A stretch of DNA of 60,741 bases from a virus. Taxonomy: Duplodnaviria; Caudoviricetes. Location: the IMG/VR virus record IMGVR_UViG_3300035156_000099, positions 1 to 60,741 of that record, one strand, 5' to 3'. Within the stretch, counting starts at the first letter, position 1. Each line of letters begins with the position of its first letter. A program made the position numbers and the translations under genes. The notes beneath the pieces are model-generated. The model did not search any database and was not told where the DNA came from. It saw nothing but the letters and a program-made list of their open reading frames with translations. Positions 19,286-27,530 of this stretch are shown here, piece after piece.

Positions 19286-20997
19286 CGCTTCGTTCTCCGG
19301 GCGCCGGTGGCCGCTACCCATTCAATGTTGTCGATCTCGGCGTAGGACGCGCCCTCGCCCTCCAGCCTGAGCTGCCAATACCGCGACGAAGCACCCTTGG
19401 CAGGCTCGATACGCGCCTCAGAGCTGTCGCGCTGGATCAGGCGGTAGCTTTGTTCGCGACCGAAATCGTCTTTCAGTCGAGCGTAAACCCGGCCGTCAGT
19501 TGAAATTCCGAGAAAAATGTTCTCAAGTCGCTTTGTGCGCGCGGTGCCCTGATCATCGGCCGCGAAGTCGATCAGGTAGGATAGGAGCTCGCCGTTATCC
19601 GTCTCCCCGCCGATTTTGTAGAGGCCGTCAGCTCGAGTAGCCCAAAGGTCGGTTCCGACTCGGCAGAAGCTGGAAAATCCAAATCCGCTGTACCGTGTGA
19701 CGGCGCCGGTGGCGATGTTCGTGGCGTACTGCAGCGCCTCGTTGCGAGCTCTGGACGAGTAATCGCTCAGCGAGAGACCACTGCGCAGAATGGTCTCGAT
19801 CACCATGGTGGCGCTGGCATTGGTGGGCAGGGCCAGCGCTTCGAAGAGCTTGGCGTCAATGCCGATGAACAGATCTATCACCGATCCGACCGTCAGTGAT
19901 TCGCTGATGGTTGCGAACACGATCGGTGAGAAGTCGACGTCGGACTGAGGAATAAGCCCCTCGGTGATGAGTACTTCAAGAAATTCGGTGGTGTCGTAGG
20001 CGGTGACTTCTGGGTCGTCAATGACAAAGCGGACGCCTGACACGAACTCTTCCGAGATGTTGAAGCCAGGAGAGACGTCAGCCGCGGTGACACCCAAGTC
20101 GTGGGCAAGGCCGCGATCGATCGAGGCCATAGCCAGATCGAAGACCGTGACCACGCCGTCCAGTCCAATCACTGGCGGGACGCCCACACCCGCATCCCTG
20201 CCGGCGGCGAAACCGAGCATCAGCAGTGATTCTCTGGAGGCCGGAGCTTCGTTGCCGAGACTTAACGGCGCACTCGATGCGCCAGCGAACACTTGGGACA
20301 CGACCGGATTGTCGACGTAGTCCCCGGCAGCATAAAGCGCCGCGGTGATCGACTTAACGCCAGTCGAGCGCGTTCCGCTCCGGTATGACTCACCAGCAAC
20401 AATGGCGCTCACGACCCCGCCGATGCGCCGAATGGTAGCGGCCGGCTGCTCCTGCGAAGTATTGGAGAACGCGAACCGCTCAACGCCCAACTCGTAGAAC
20501 CTGATCTCGCTGCCGGCCGAATAGAGCCCATGCTCAATGGCGGTGAAGTCGCCGATTGTTGCACTGTCCGGGGCAAGACCACAGATCACAGCCCCACTTG
20601 GGACTTCAGGGAAGGTGATGTTCAGATCGAAGTCGCCTGACAGCGTGTCATTGCTGCGTGCGCCGGAGTTCCAGCCGACTTGGCTGTCGGTGTTTGATGC
20701 GGCTTCCCGCCCAGCATTCCCGGCCTGCGCGGCATAGCAGGCTGTCACCGGCACATTGTGCACGAGGGTCGGCACGAGAACGTCGTCGGTGATCTTGTTG
20801 CCCTTGGCGTCGAGGTGGTACTCGATGATGATCGCGTAGCCGGGCGCAGCTTGGATACCGACGTTCTTGAGCGAGGTCACCTTGACGTATTTAATCGCGT
20901 CACCGGTTGTGGTTACGCAATAAGCCGGGCGCGGCGCCACTGCTGGCACTGCGGCCACATAGTTGGATCGAGACCGCTTGGTGAGACGGTTGGACAT
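19282..20997 (-). CDS. Tail structural protein
   Basis: 571 aa; SPRY-like WNSGARS segment; C-terminal SRYWQLRLEG. Confidence 0.7.
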   Translation of the reverse strand: MSNRLTKRSRSNYVAAVPAVAPRPAYCVTTTGDAIKYVKVTSLKNVGIQAAPGYAIIIEYHLDAKGNKITDDVLVPTLVHNVPVTACYAAQAGNAGREAASNTDSQVGWNSGARSNDTLSGDFDLNITFPEVPSGAVICGLAPDSATIGDFTAIEHGLYSAGSEIRFYELGVERFAFSNTSQEQPAATIRRIGGVVSAIVAGESYRSGTRSTGVKSITAALYAAGDYVDNPVVSQVFAGASSAPLSLGNEAPASRESLLMLGFAAGRDAGVGVPPVIGLDGVVTVFDLAMASIDRGLAHDLGVTAADVSPGFNISEEFVSGVRFVIDDPEVTAYDTTEFLEVLITEGLIPQSDVDFSPIVFATISESLTVGSVIDLFIGIDAKLFEALALPTNASATMVIETILRSGLSLSDYSSRARNEALQYATNIATGAVTRYSGFGFSSFCRVGTDLWATRADGLYKIGGETDNGELLSYLIDFAADDQGTARTKRLENIFLGISTDGRVYARLKDDFGREQSYRLIQRDSSEARIEPAKGASSRYWQLRLEGEGASYAEIDNIEWVAATGARRTKR

Positions 20998-21011
20998 AGC
21001 GGTCTTCCCGA

Positions 21012-21452
21012 TTAACCAGCAGCGATGGTGGCGGTGAAGTAGGTCAGCTTGCGCTCGTCGCCAGAGGTCCAGGTCGTGTTACTGACTACCATGTCCGCAT
21101 CCTGGATGCCTACCGTACCTTGCAGCCTTACGAGCGCGACGCTGTCGGAACCTGCGTCGGACGTTTGCTGCATGCGGAAGAAAGAAGGCGTGCCTGATGC
21201 TGCGATAACACCCTGCCAGACCTCGGCCTGGTTTTTCTGTAGCGTGCCATCTGCCGCCGAGGCATCGAAGCTCAAGCCACCGCCTGCGCCGTTCAGCGAA
21301 TAGGTCAGCAACAACACGGACCCGCCAGGAATCCCCGCGTCAGCCGTGGCGGGCGCCGTGCCGGAGTAAATCTTGATGACCGAGCCTGTGAGCGCCGCCT
21401 TGAATGAGCCGGTGGCGAGCATGTAATTACGAAGTCCAGTGCTGCGCTTCAT
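21012..21452 (-). CDS. Tail structural protein
   Basis: IKIYSGTAPATAD..GTPSFFR..RLQGTVG. Confidence 0.7.
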   Translation of the reverse strand: MKRSTGLRNYMLATGSFKAALTGSVIKIYSGTAPATADAGIPGGSVLLLTYSLNGAGGGLSFDASAADGTLQKNQAEVWQGVIAASGTPSFFRMQQTSDAGSDSVALVRLQGTVGIQDADMVVSNTTWTSGDERKLTYFTATIAAG

Positions 21453-21811
21453 CAGGCGGCTCCTCCAATGGTGATGTCGCCGGCGGCGATGGTGAATGTC
21501 CCGCTGCTGACCTGTACCGGTGCCAGTAGAGGCTGGCGGGTGGATGCCGAACCACCGCTTGCTGCCGACCAAATCGAGATGTGTGTCAGCGTCACAGTCG
21601 AACTGATGTTGAAATTCAGCGCCGCGACCAGAGCGGCGGTACCGGTGGTGGTGTTGACGGTGAATGTCGCGGCCTGGCGGGTATAGCCGCTTGTCGTCAG
21701 CTCGTTTGCCGATCCGGAGTCACCCGGGTTGCCGGTATGCAAGGCGACGTAGACCGTGCCCGAATACAGGCTTGGCAGGATGGAATTACGCGCAGACAAG
21801 GTCAGGCTCAT
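21452..21811 (-). CDS. Tail structural protein
   Basis: YVALHTGNPG..E...GYTRQA..THISIWSAASGG. Confidence 0.7.
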   Translation of the reverse strand: MSLTLSARNSILPSLYSGTVYVALHTGNPGDSGSANELTTSGYTRQAATFTVNTTTGTAALVAALNFNISSTVTLTHISIWSAASGGSASTRQPLLAPVQVSSGTFTIAAGDITIGGAA

Positions 21812-21813
21812 GA

Positions 21814-22329
21814 TCAGGCCGCCGAAAGCAGGGAGATGGAAATGCCCAGCCGGAAGGTAGATCCCGCCGGCACGTCGTAAGGCGAACCGAATCGCGAGAT
21901 GGACAGCAGAATGCCGGCGTTGCTGCCCTTGCCTGAGTTGGAGGCCAGGAACCCGCTGTACAGGCGAACCGCGGAGGTAAAGGTGAACTCGGCCTTCGCG
22001 TCGAGGTTGCCGATATTCGCGACACCGTCGTAGCTGTTCGACCACGCCGGCCGGGTGGCTTGCGAGTAGGCAGTTGACTCACCTACCCCAGCAGGCAGAT
22101 CGGCCGCAGTGGTCGCGCTGGTGGGCACGTAGTTGGCCGCACCCACGCCCACGTACCAGCTGGAATTGAGCGTGCCGGTCCCTCGGATCAGGCCGACGAT
22201 GTGGTCGATGCCCGACTGAGGAATGATGTTCCGGTCCGTGTGGGAGAAGATCACCTCGCCCTCTGGCGAAACGACCTCACCGGTGAAGACAAAGCCGAAC
22301 TTTGCCAGGCCTTCTGGAATGTTGGTCAT
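21814..22329 (-). CDS. Tail structural protein
   Basis: NIIPQSG, WYVGVG, YSQATRPAW. Confidence 0.7.
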   Translation of the reverse strand: MTNIPEGLAKFGFVFTGEVVSPEGEVIFSHTDRNIIPQSGIDHIVGLIRGTGTLNSSWYVGVGAANYVPTSATTAADLPAGVGESTAYSQATRPAWSNSYDGVANIGNLDAKAEFTFTSAVRLYSGFLASNSGKGSNAGILLSISRFGSPYDVPAGSTFRLGISISLLSAA

Positions 22330-23522
22330 GGGGTGACGATCTCCGCTTCGTAATAGTCGCTGGCAGCCAGTGGGTTAGGGCCTTGCTGTCCGCGCATGCT
22401 GGTGACAACCATCTGATTGCCGTTGTGATCGATGACGCCCGAGGCGCCTGATTGCGCCATCTCTGGCACGAAGTTGTTCTGGCTCAGCAGCGTCACGCTG
22501 CCGTCGAGCGCACCCACGGCGAGGCCGTACTGGGTCATCCAGGTGGCGCGGCCGTCAGGGAGAATCGAACCGGTGCCGGGCACTGCGCCGAACTCAAGCT
22601 TCTTGCCCTGAACGACGTCGCCACTCTCTGGCGATTGCAGGAAATAGGTCTTGTCCGCACACACAAACACGCCGCCGTCGACCTGCAGCACGACGCTGAT
22701 GTCGGACGGGTACTGGAAGAAGTTATTGGACTGGTCGATCAGGTGCGGGCTCATGGCTAGCGTGTGCCAGAGCGTTTTTCCGTCGGCGATCAGAAGCACC
22801 GAGCCCAGGGAGGCGATCTGATCCCCGCCGCCCGGGGCGCGAAGATTCAAGTTTTCACATCGCGCGGTATCGTCACGCACCATCGTCACGACATAGGGGT
22901 CCACGCCTTCGTATTGCAGATAAAGGGTCTCTGCGTTCGGCGGGCTGACGTACAGGCGAGCTGTATAGCCTGCGGGCAGCGCTGGGACATAGAGAGCGAA
23001 TCCCGCCCCGTCGCTCACACTGATATGGACCGGATTGACGGTGGCGCCCTCTTCGCCTTGAGCATTCATCAGCGTCATTGCCACCTGGTAAGTCCCGGTC
23101 AGAAGTGAGCCGGCAGTCAGATTCGGAAGAGGTTGATCAACAACGGTCGGCACTCCCCACTGACGGAGCGTCGATCCATCGAACCGAAAGCTTTCGTTGG
23201 CCGTGCAGAAGAAGAGCTCTTGGTTGAGCACTGCGCCCACGAGACGACCGCCATCGGCTATCTGCGCCAGGGTGTGGGCGGTGTTGCTCTGGCTATCGAA
23301 GCAGATAAGGGCCGGGCCGTCAGCGAAGATGATGCTGTTGCCCACCGAGAGTGCGCCGCGTGCGTTAGCTGCTGGTGCGCGAAGGTCGTAGCCCGCACGC
23401 AAGCCCAGCTCGCCACCCACCAGTGGATCAAGGTTGACCAGGTCGCGAACGAAGCCGTCAGGAACTGATTTGGCATTCGCCCGGTTATTGATGCCGCCAA
23501 CCCATGCGCTGTTGCTCGCCAT
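22326..23522 (-). CDS. Tail tube/nozzle-like protein
   Basis: GGINN..VRDLVNLD..LRAGY N-terminus; follows the head-tail adaptor. Confidence 0.65.
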   Translation of the reverse strand: MASNSAWVGGINNRANAKSVPDGFVRDLVNLDPLVGGELGLRAGYDLRAPAANARGALSVGNSIIFADGPALICFDSQSNTAHTLAQIADGGRLVGAVLNQELFFCTANESFRFDGSTLRQWGVPTVVDQPLPNLTAGSLLTGTYQVAMTLMNAQGEEGATVNPVHISVSDGAGFALYVPALPAGYTARLYVSPPNAETLYLQYEGVDPYVVTMVRDDTARCENLNLRAPGGGDQIASLGSVLLIADGKTLWHTLAMSPHLIDQSNNFFQYPSDISVVLQVDGGVFVCADKTYFLQSPESGDVVQGKKLEFGAVPGTGSILPDGRATWMTQYGLAVGALDGSVTLLSQNNFVPEMAQSGASGVIDHNGNQMVVTSMRGQQGPNPLAASDYYEAEIVTP

Positions 23523-24172
23523 TACCAGTGGCTCCGGATACGGCGGCTGCAATCACCGCGACGGAGTATCCCGGCTTCCCGGGCGTCCTGACACTTGGTC
23601 AGGAACTCGGCATAGCGGTTATTGGATTTGGACTTGTCGAAGGTCTCGGCGTCGCTGACGTTGTAGGCGCGATACGCCATGTACAGCAGCAGGTGACGAC
23701 GATCAGAGGGCAGCATGTCGGGGATTCGGTCGCACCTGTCCAGGTCCCGCACAGGACGGCGGATCACCTGAAGGCGGATCTCGCCGGCAGCAGTTGGCTT
23801 TGGGTACAGCTTCAGGATGCCGACGCCGTTGAACTGGAAGTGCGAACCGCACCCACCATAGGCAAGCCAGTAGTGCCCGCGATAATCACCGCTGCATCGC
23901 TCAAGGCGGCAGGATGGGCTGCCTTCCAGCCAAGCGGCCGCCACATCAAGGATGCAGGGATCAAGCTCAAACCGGTTCTCGCCGGCGCTGTAAGGAATCA
24001 GGGTAACGTCGCTGTCATCGTCATAGATGCTTTGCGACTGCTCGGCGAACTCCGTCAAACCCTCATTCACCCAGCGAACGAGCTGGTTATCGCTCCAGAA
24101 GTACGGGGCGACGGTGTCCTTCTCGTCTTCACGGAAGGCTTTGATGAGGGCTTCGACGGTTTCGTAGGCCAT
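23522..24172 (-). CDS. Head-tail adaptor
   Basis: FWSDNQLVRWVNEG, LYPKP, LLLYMAYRAY. Confidence 0.75.
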   Translation of the reverse strand: MAYETVEALIKAFREDEKDTVAPYFWSDNQLVRWVNEGLTEFAEQSQSIYDDDSDVTLIPYSAGENRFELDPCILDVAAAWLEGSPSCRLERCSGDYRGHYWLAYGGCGSHFQFNGVGILKLYPKPTAAGEIRLQVIRRPVRDLDRCDRIPDMLPSDRRHLLLYMAYRAYNVSDAETFDKSKSNNRYAEFLTKCQDAREAGILRRGDCSRRIRSHW

Positions 24173-24175
24173 GGG

Positions 24176-24571
24176 TTAGGCCAGCGAGTCTTGGAAGTGG
24201 TCCCATGCATCGTTTGCCTGGGCGCGGGTCACGTTGAAGCCTGCCTGCGCCTTCAAGGCCTTGAGGGTTGGCTTGCCGGTGTTGTCCAGGTCGTCAGCTT
24301 CGTCGCGCTCGATGATGGCTTCGATGGCCTTGATGATCAGTGCACCGTTTTCGGAGCCCGACTGATCGTCGTTTTCGTCTTCTTCGTACTCGGCGCCCAG
24401 GTAGATGCAGCCGGCCTTCAGAGCATGCTTGTGAAACTTGCTCGGGATCACGCTTCCCTGCAGCTCGTCGGAAGGATCGGTCTTGTAGACGCGGATGCTG
24501 TGGCCGGACGGCAGGAAAACTGGAAATGATTCTTCGCCCTTCGGCGGGAGGATACGCAGTGGTTCAGCCAT
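24176..24571 (-). CDS. Phage hypothetical protein (head region)
   Basis: GKPTLKALKAQAGFNVTRAQ..AW small helical C-terminal domain. Confidence 0.7.
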   Translation of the reverse strand: MAEPLRILPPKGEESFPVFLPSGHSIRVYKTDPSDELQGSVIPSKFHKHALKAGCIYLGAEYEEDENDDQSGSENGALIIKAIEAIIERDEADDLDNTGKPTLKALKAQAGFNVTRAQANDAWDHFQDSLA

Positions 24572-24625
24572 GGTTATTGCCCCTTCACATGTTGAATTGC
24601 CCCGGACGGACCGGGGCGGTTGGTA

Positions 24626-25018
24626 TTACTCGGAGATCTCGTCGCCTTTACGGTCCACGACGTACTCGATGTACACGCGGGCTGCACCGGCAGTAGCTGC
24701 GGCACCGGTCTGAGCGAACGTCACCGTTACCGGGCCTTGGCCCGGGGTGATGTAGCCAGTCGGGGTAAGTTGCTTGATACCGGTGGTCTTCAGGTCGATG
24801 CCGGTGCCATACCGAGCTGGAGTGGCAGCGTCACCGACGTTCAGGGTCGCAGTGGTCGCCGAGTTGTAAGCGGTGGTCACCACGACAAACGCGCGGATGA
24901 CCATCGAGCCCTCAGGAAGCACGACCACGTTCTGCGTCGCGACAGTGGCGAAGTCAGTGGAGAGCATTTCGTTGTAGCCAATGACTGGCCACTGGTGGTC
25001 GTAATGGAAGTAGTTCAT
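24626..25018 (-). CDS. Capsid decoration/minor head protein
   Basis: LPEGSMV..VTTAYN..TLNVGD..AGAARVYIEY; directly after the capsid gene. Confidence 0.7.
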   Translation of the reverse strand: MNYFHYDHQWPVIGYNEMLSTDFATVATQNVVVLPEGSMVIRAFVVVTTAYNSATTATLNVGDAATPARYGTGIDLKTTGIKQLTPTGYITPGQGPVTVTFAQTGAAATAGAARVYIEYVVDRKGDEISE

Positions 25019-25027
25019 GAGGCCTCC

Positions 25028-26146
25028 TTAAGCGCCCGAGTTCGGCAGATAGTGGTCGACAGCTACCACGCCGAAGTCTTGAACCGACTTGTCGTAGATG
25101 CTGTAGAACTGCGGTTTTTTGAAGCCGATGAAACGGTCGAGGGAGACGCCCATTTGGGTGTCATAGTTGAACAACTTCTCAACCCAGCCCGCGCCGCCCT
25201 GATCGATGTCAGCGAAGCCAAGAGCCTGCGAACCCAGCAGCAGGGTGCGAGTGCCGTTGATGTTGCCGCCCGCGCCCCACTTCTGGCCCGCAGGTGCGCC
25301 CAAGGTGGTGTAGACCTTGTTCGACTCATGGATGATTGCGCCGTCAACCGTGATGGTTGCGCCGGTGAACCATGGGTTGTTGTCGCCGCGAACGCCTGCG
25401 TTGGTGATACCGTTCTGCCACAGCGGGTCCATTTTCAGGGCCGCCAGGGTGCCGGGCTGAACCAGCAGGACGAAATACTCTTTGCCGCCGGAGATCACCG
25501 GACGAATGTGGTGCGACTTCGCATAAGCGATGAGGTCCACGATCATCTTGTATTTCGGGATACCGGTAGCGGCGATCGCGGCGGTGCTACCGGCGATCAG
25601 ATTAGAGCCGTCCCAGGTCAGATACCGTTTCGATGAGGGGGCACTCACGTCAGCGGCAAAAGCCAGGCCTGGGAAGGCGGAACCGACACGTGCCGAGCCG
25701 TCGGTGTTGAAGTTATAGGCGATGCCCGACAGAGTCAGGATTGCCAGTTCGTCAACACGCTGGGCCAGCCAGTTGGAAAGACGGCCGCGAGCCATGCGGC
25801 GGAAGTCGATAACGGACTTCTGCTCGGCCAGCTTGCCCTTGCTGCGCACCGCGTTGGAGATCAGATCAATCTGGATCTCCTGGAAGTACGCCTGCATTTC
25901 TTCTTCGTTGCCTTCACGCCAGTTGTCACCGGTGACGCCATCGCCGACGAGGTCAGCGACCAGGTTCATGATGACCTGGGTGCCCTTCTCGGTTTTGGTC
26001 AGCTCAGTGATGTGCTGGACGATTGCGGATTCGCCGTCGCCGAGGAATTTGTTCAGGAACATGTCGTCCCGAGCGGATTCCCAGGTCTTTTTGGACCAGT
26101 AGACTTTTTGCTGCGGCTGCAGGGCCGCAAAGTTGGTAGTTGCCAT
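25028..26146 (-). CDS. Major capsid protein (N4-gp56-like)
   Basis: 372 aa; ELTKTEKG, EGNEE, LLLGSQAL, DFGVVAVD. Confidence 0.9.
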   Translation of the reverse strand: MATTNFAALQPQQKVYWSKKTWESARDDMFLNKFLGDGESAIVQHITELTKTEKGTQVIMNLVADLVGDGVTGDNWREGNEEEMQAYFQEIQIDLISNAVRSKGKLAEQKSVIDFRRMARGRLSNWLAQRVDELAILTLSGIAYNFNTDGSARVGSAFPGLAFAADVSAPSSKRYLTWDGSNLIAGSTAAIAATGIPKYKMIVDLIAYAKSHHIRPVISGGKEYFVLLVQPGTLAALKMDPLWQNGITNAGVRGDNNPWFTGATITVDGAIIHESNKVYTTLGAPAGQKWGAGGNINGTRTLLLGSQALGFADIDQGGAGWVEKLFNYDTQMGVSLDRFIGFKKPQFYSIYDKSVQDFGVVAVDHYLPNSGA

Positions 26147-26382
26147 GAGGGCAGTTCCTATGAAGGTGGCTTTGTGGTTCTGGGTATGTCGCCACCCTCG
26201 CGAGGACAGGTTTGTGCGCTCCTGATGCGCTTGAAACGGTCAGCTTTACGCCCTGCTGGCGAGAGACACCGTGACTCGGTGAGCGAGCTACTCGGGCGTG
26301 TCATCCACTGCGAAAGCTGGATGACGTCCTTGTCCCGATGGCGTAGCAGTTACGAACTTATGTGACTGGATTGGCCCGTCAA

Positions 26383-27342
26383 CTACACGACATCACCGGC
26401 CAGTGCGGCCTCGTCTTCGGCGGATAGGCTTTTCAGCTCTTTCCCGGTCATCTTCGACACGTCCAGGCTTGAAGCCCGTGCACCGACACCTGCTGGCTTG
26501 CCCGGCACCTTGGCGGCACGGTCCAAACCTTTCTGCAGGTCTGGCTTGACCGGTGCCGGAACTGCTGGTGCAGCTTCGGACTTGGTTGTGGCATACCGAG
26601 GGCCGATCTTCGCGGCGGCAAGCTCCAGCGCTTCGGCCGGGGTCTTGCCCTTGGCGACAAAGTGCTGATGCCAGACCAGCGTCTCGTCGATTGCGTCCTG
26701 ATTCTTGTCGTCGCTGTCGACGCTGAGGAATGGGAACGCGGCGTAGGCCTTGTTCAGCGCGAGCTCGAACTCAAGCTTGGTGCGTTTGGCGTCGTCAGTG
26801 GCCTTGTTCGCCTGGTACCGACGATCTGCAACCTGTTCTGCCTCGGCGATGGCGGACCTACGCTCTTCGGCACGGATCTCGGCACGGATCTGCTTGGCCT
26901 TAGTGGTATCGCCATCCATGGATGCGGCAAGATAGCGATCCTCGGCTTCATCGAAGTCGTAATCGGCCGGAGCGTCTTCCTTCTTGGGTGCCGCCGCAGG
27001 CGCGGTCCCTTTGGCGCGCGCCAGTTCCTCTTCCAGTTCCAGTACCCGTGCCCGGTGCGCTTTGGCCTCGTCGTTCTTCTCCTGGAATCGCGAGTGCGGC
27101 ACCATCTTCGACTTGTTGTCTTCTCCAGCGATGGCGGCCAGCGTGTCGGCGTCGTATTCCGGCTTGTCGTTCGCCGCGTCAACGTCAGCGCCTGCATCGG
27201 TAAGCGCAGCCTTCGAGGCGGCAGGCACATCGCCCTTGGTGTCGTCCGGTGGCGTGTAATCCTCGCCACTCAGCGCGGCCTCTTCTGCCAGGCGTGCGTC
27301 GATGGCTTCCTGCGATTCTTGTACTGCTTCAGCTTTGCTCAT
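26383..27342 (-). CDS. Scaffolding protein
   Basis: Acidic, Ala-rich; MVPHSRFQE motif; between portal and capsid. Confidence 0.8.
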   Translation of the reverse strand: MSKAEAVQESQEAIDARLAEEAALSGEDYTPPDDTKGDVPAASKAALTDAGADVDAANDKPEYDADTLAAIAGEDNKSKMVPHSRFQEKNDEAKAHRARVLELEEELARAKGTAPAAAPKKEDAPADYDFDEAEDRYLAASMDGDTTKAKQIRAEIRAEERRSAIAEAEQVADRRYQANKATDDAKRTKLEFELALNKAYAAFPFLSVDSDDKNQDAIDETLVWHQHFVAKGKTPAEALELAAAKIGPRYATTKSEAAPAVPAPVKPDLQKGLDRAAKVPGKPAGVGARASSLDVSKMTGKELKSLSAEDEAALAGDVV

Positions 27343-27365
27343 GATTTGCCCCTGAGTGCTCGTGA

Positions 27366-27530
27366 TTACTTGGCGATCTTCTGCAGTTCGGCCATTTTTT
27401 CTTTGGCCAATGCCTGCGCGGCTTTCAGTCGTTTCGGGTCTTTCTGAATATCGGCGGCCTCGGCCAGCGAACGAAGGTCCTGCTCAACCTTCCATTTCAT
27501 GTCATCTGCGACCATGTCGGACTTGCTCAT
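27366..27530 (-). CDS. Small hypothetical protein (54 aa, below the ORF-track cutoff)
   Basis: MSKSDMVADDMKWKVEQDLRSLAEAADIQKDPKRLKAAQ...; ATGA overlap with the portal stop. Confidence 0.75.
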   Translation of the reverse strand: MSKSDMVADDMKWKVEQDLRSLAEAADIQKDPKRLKAAQALAKEKMAELQKIAK

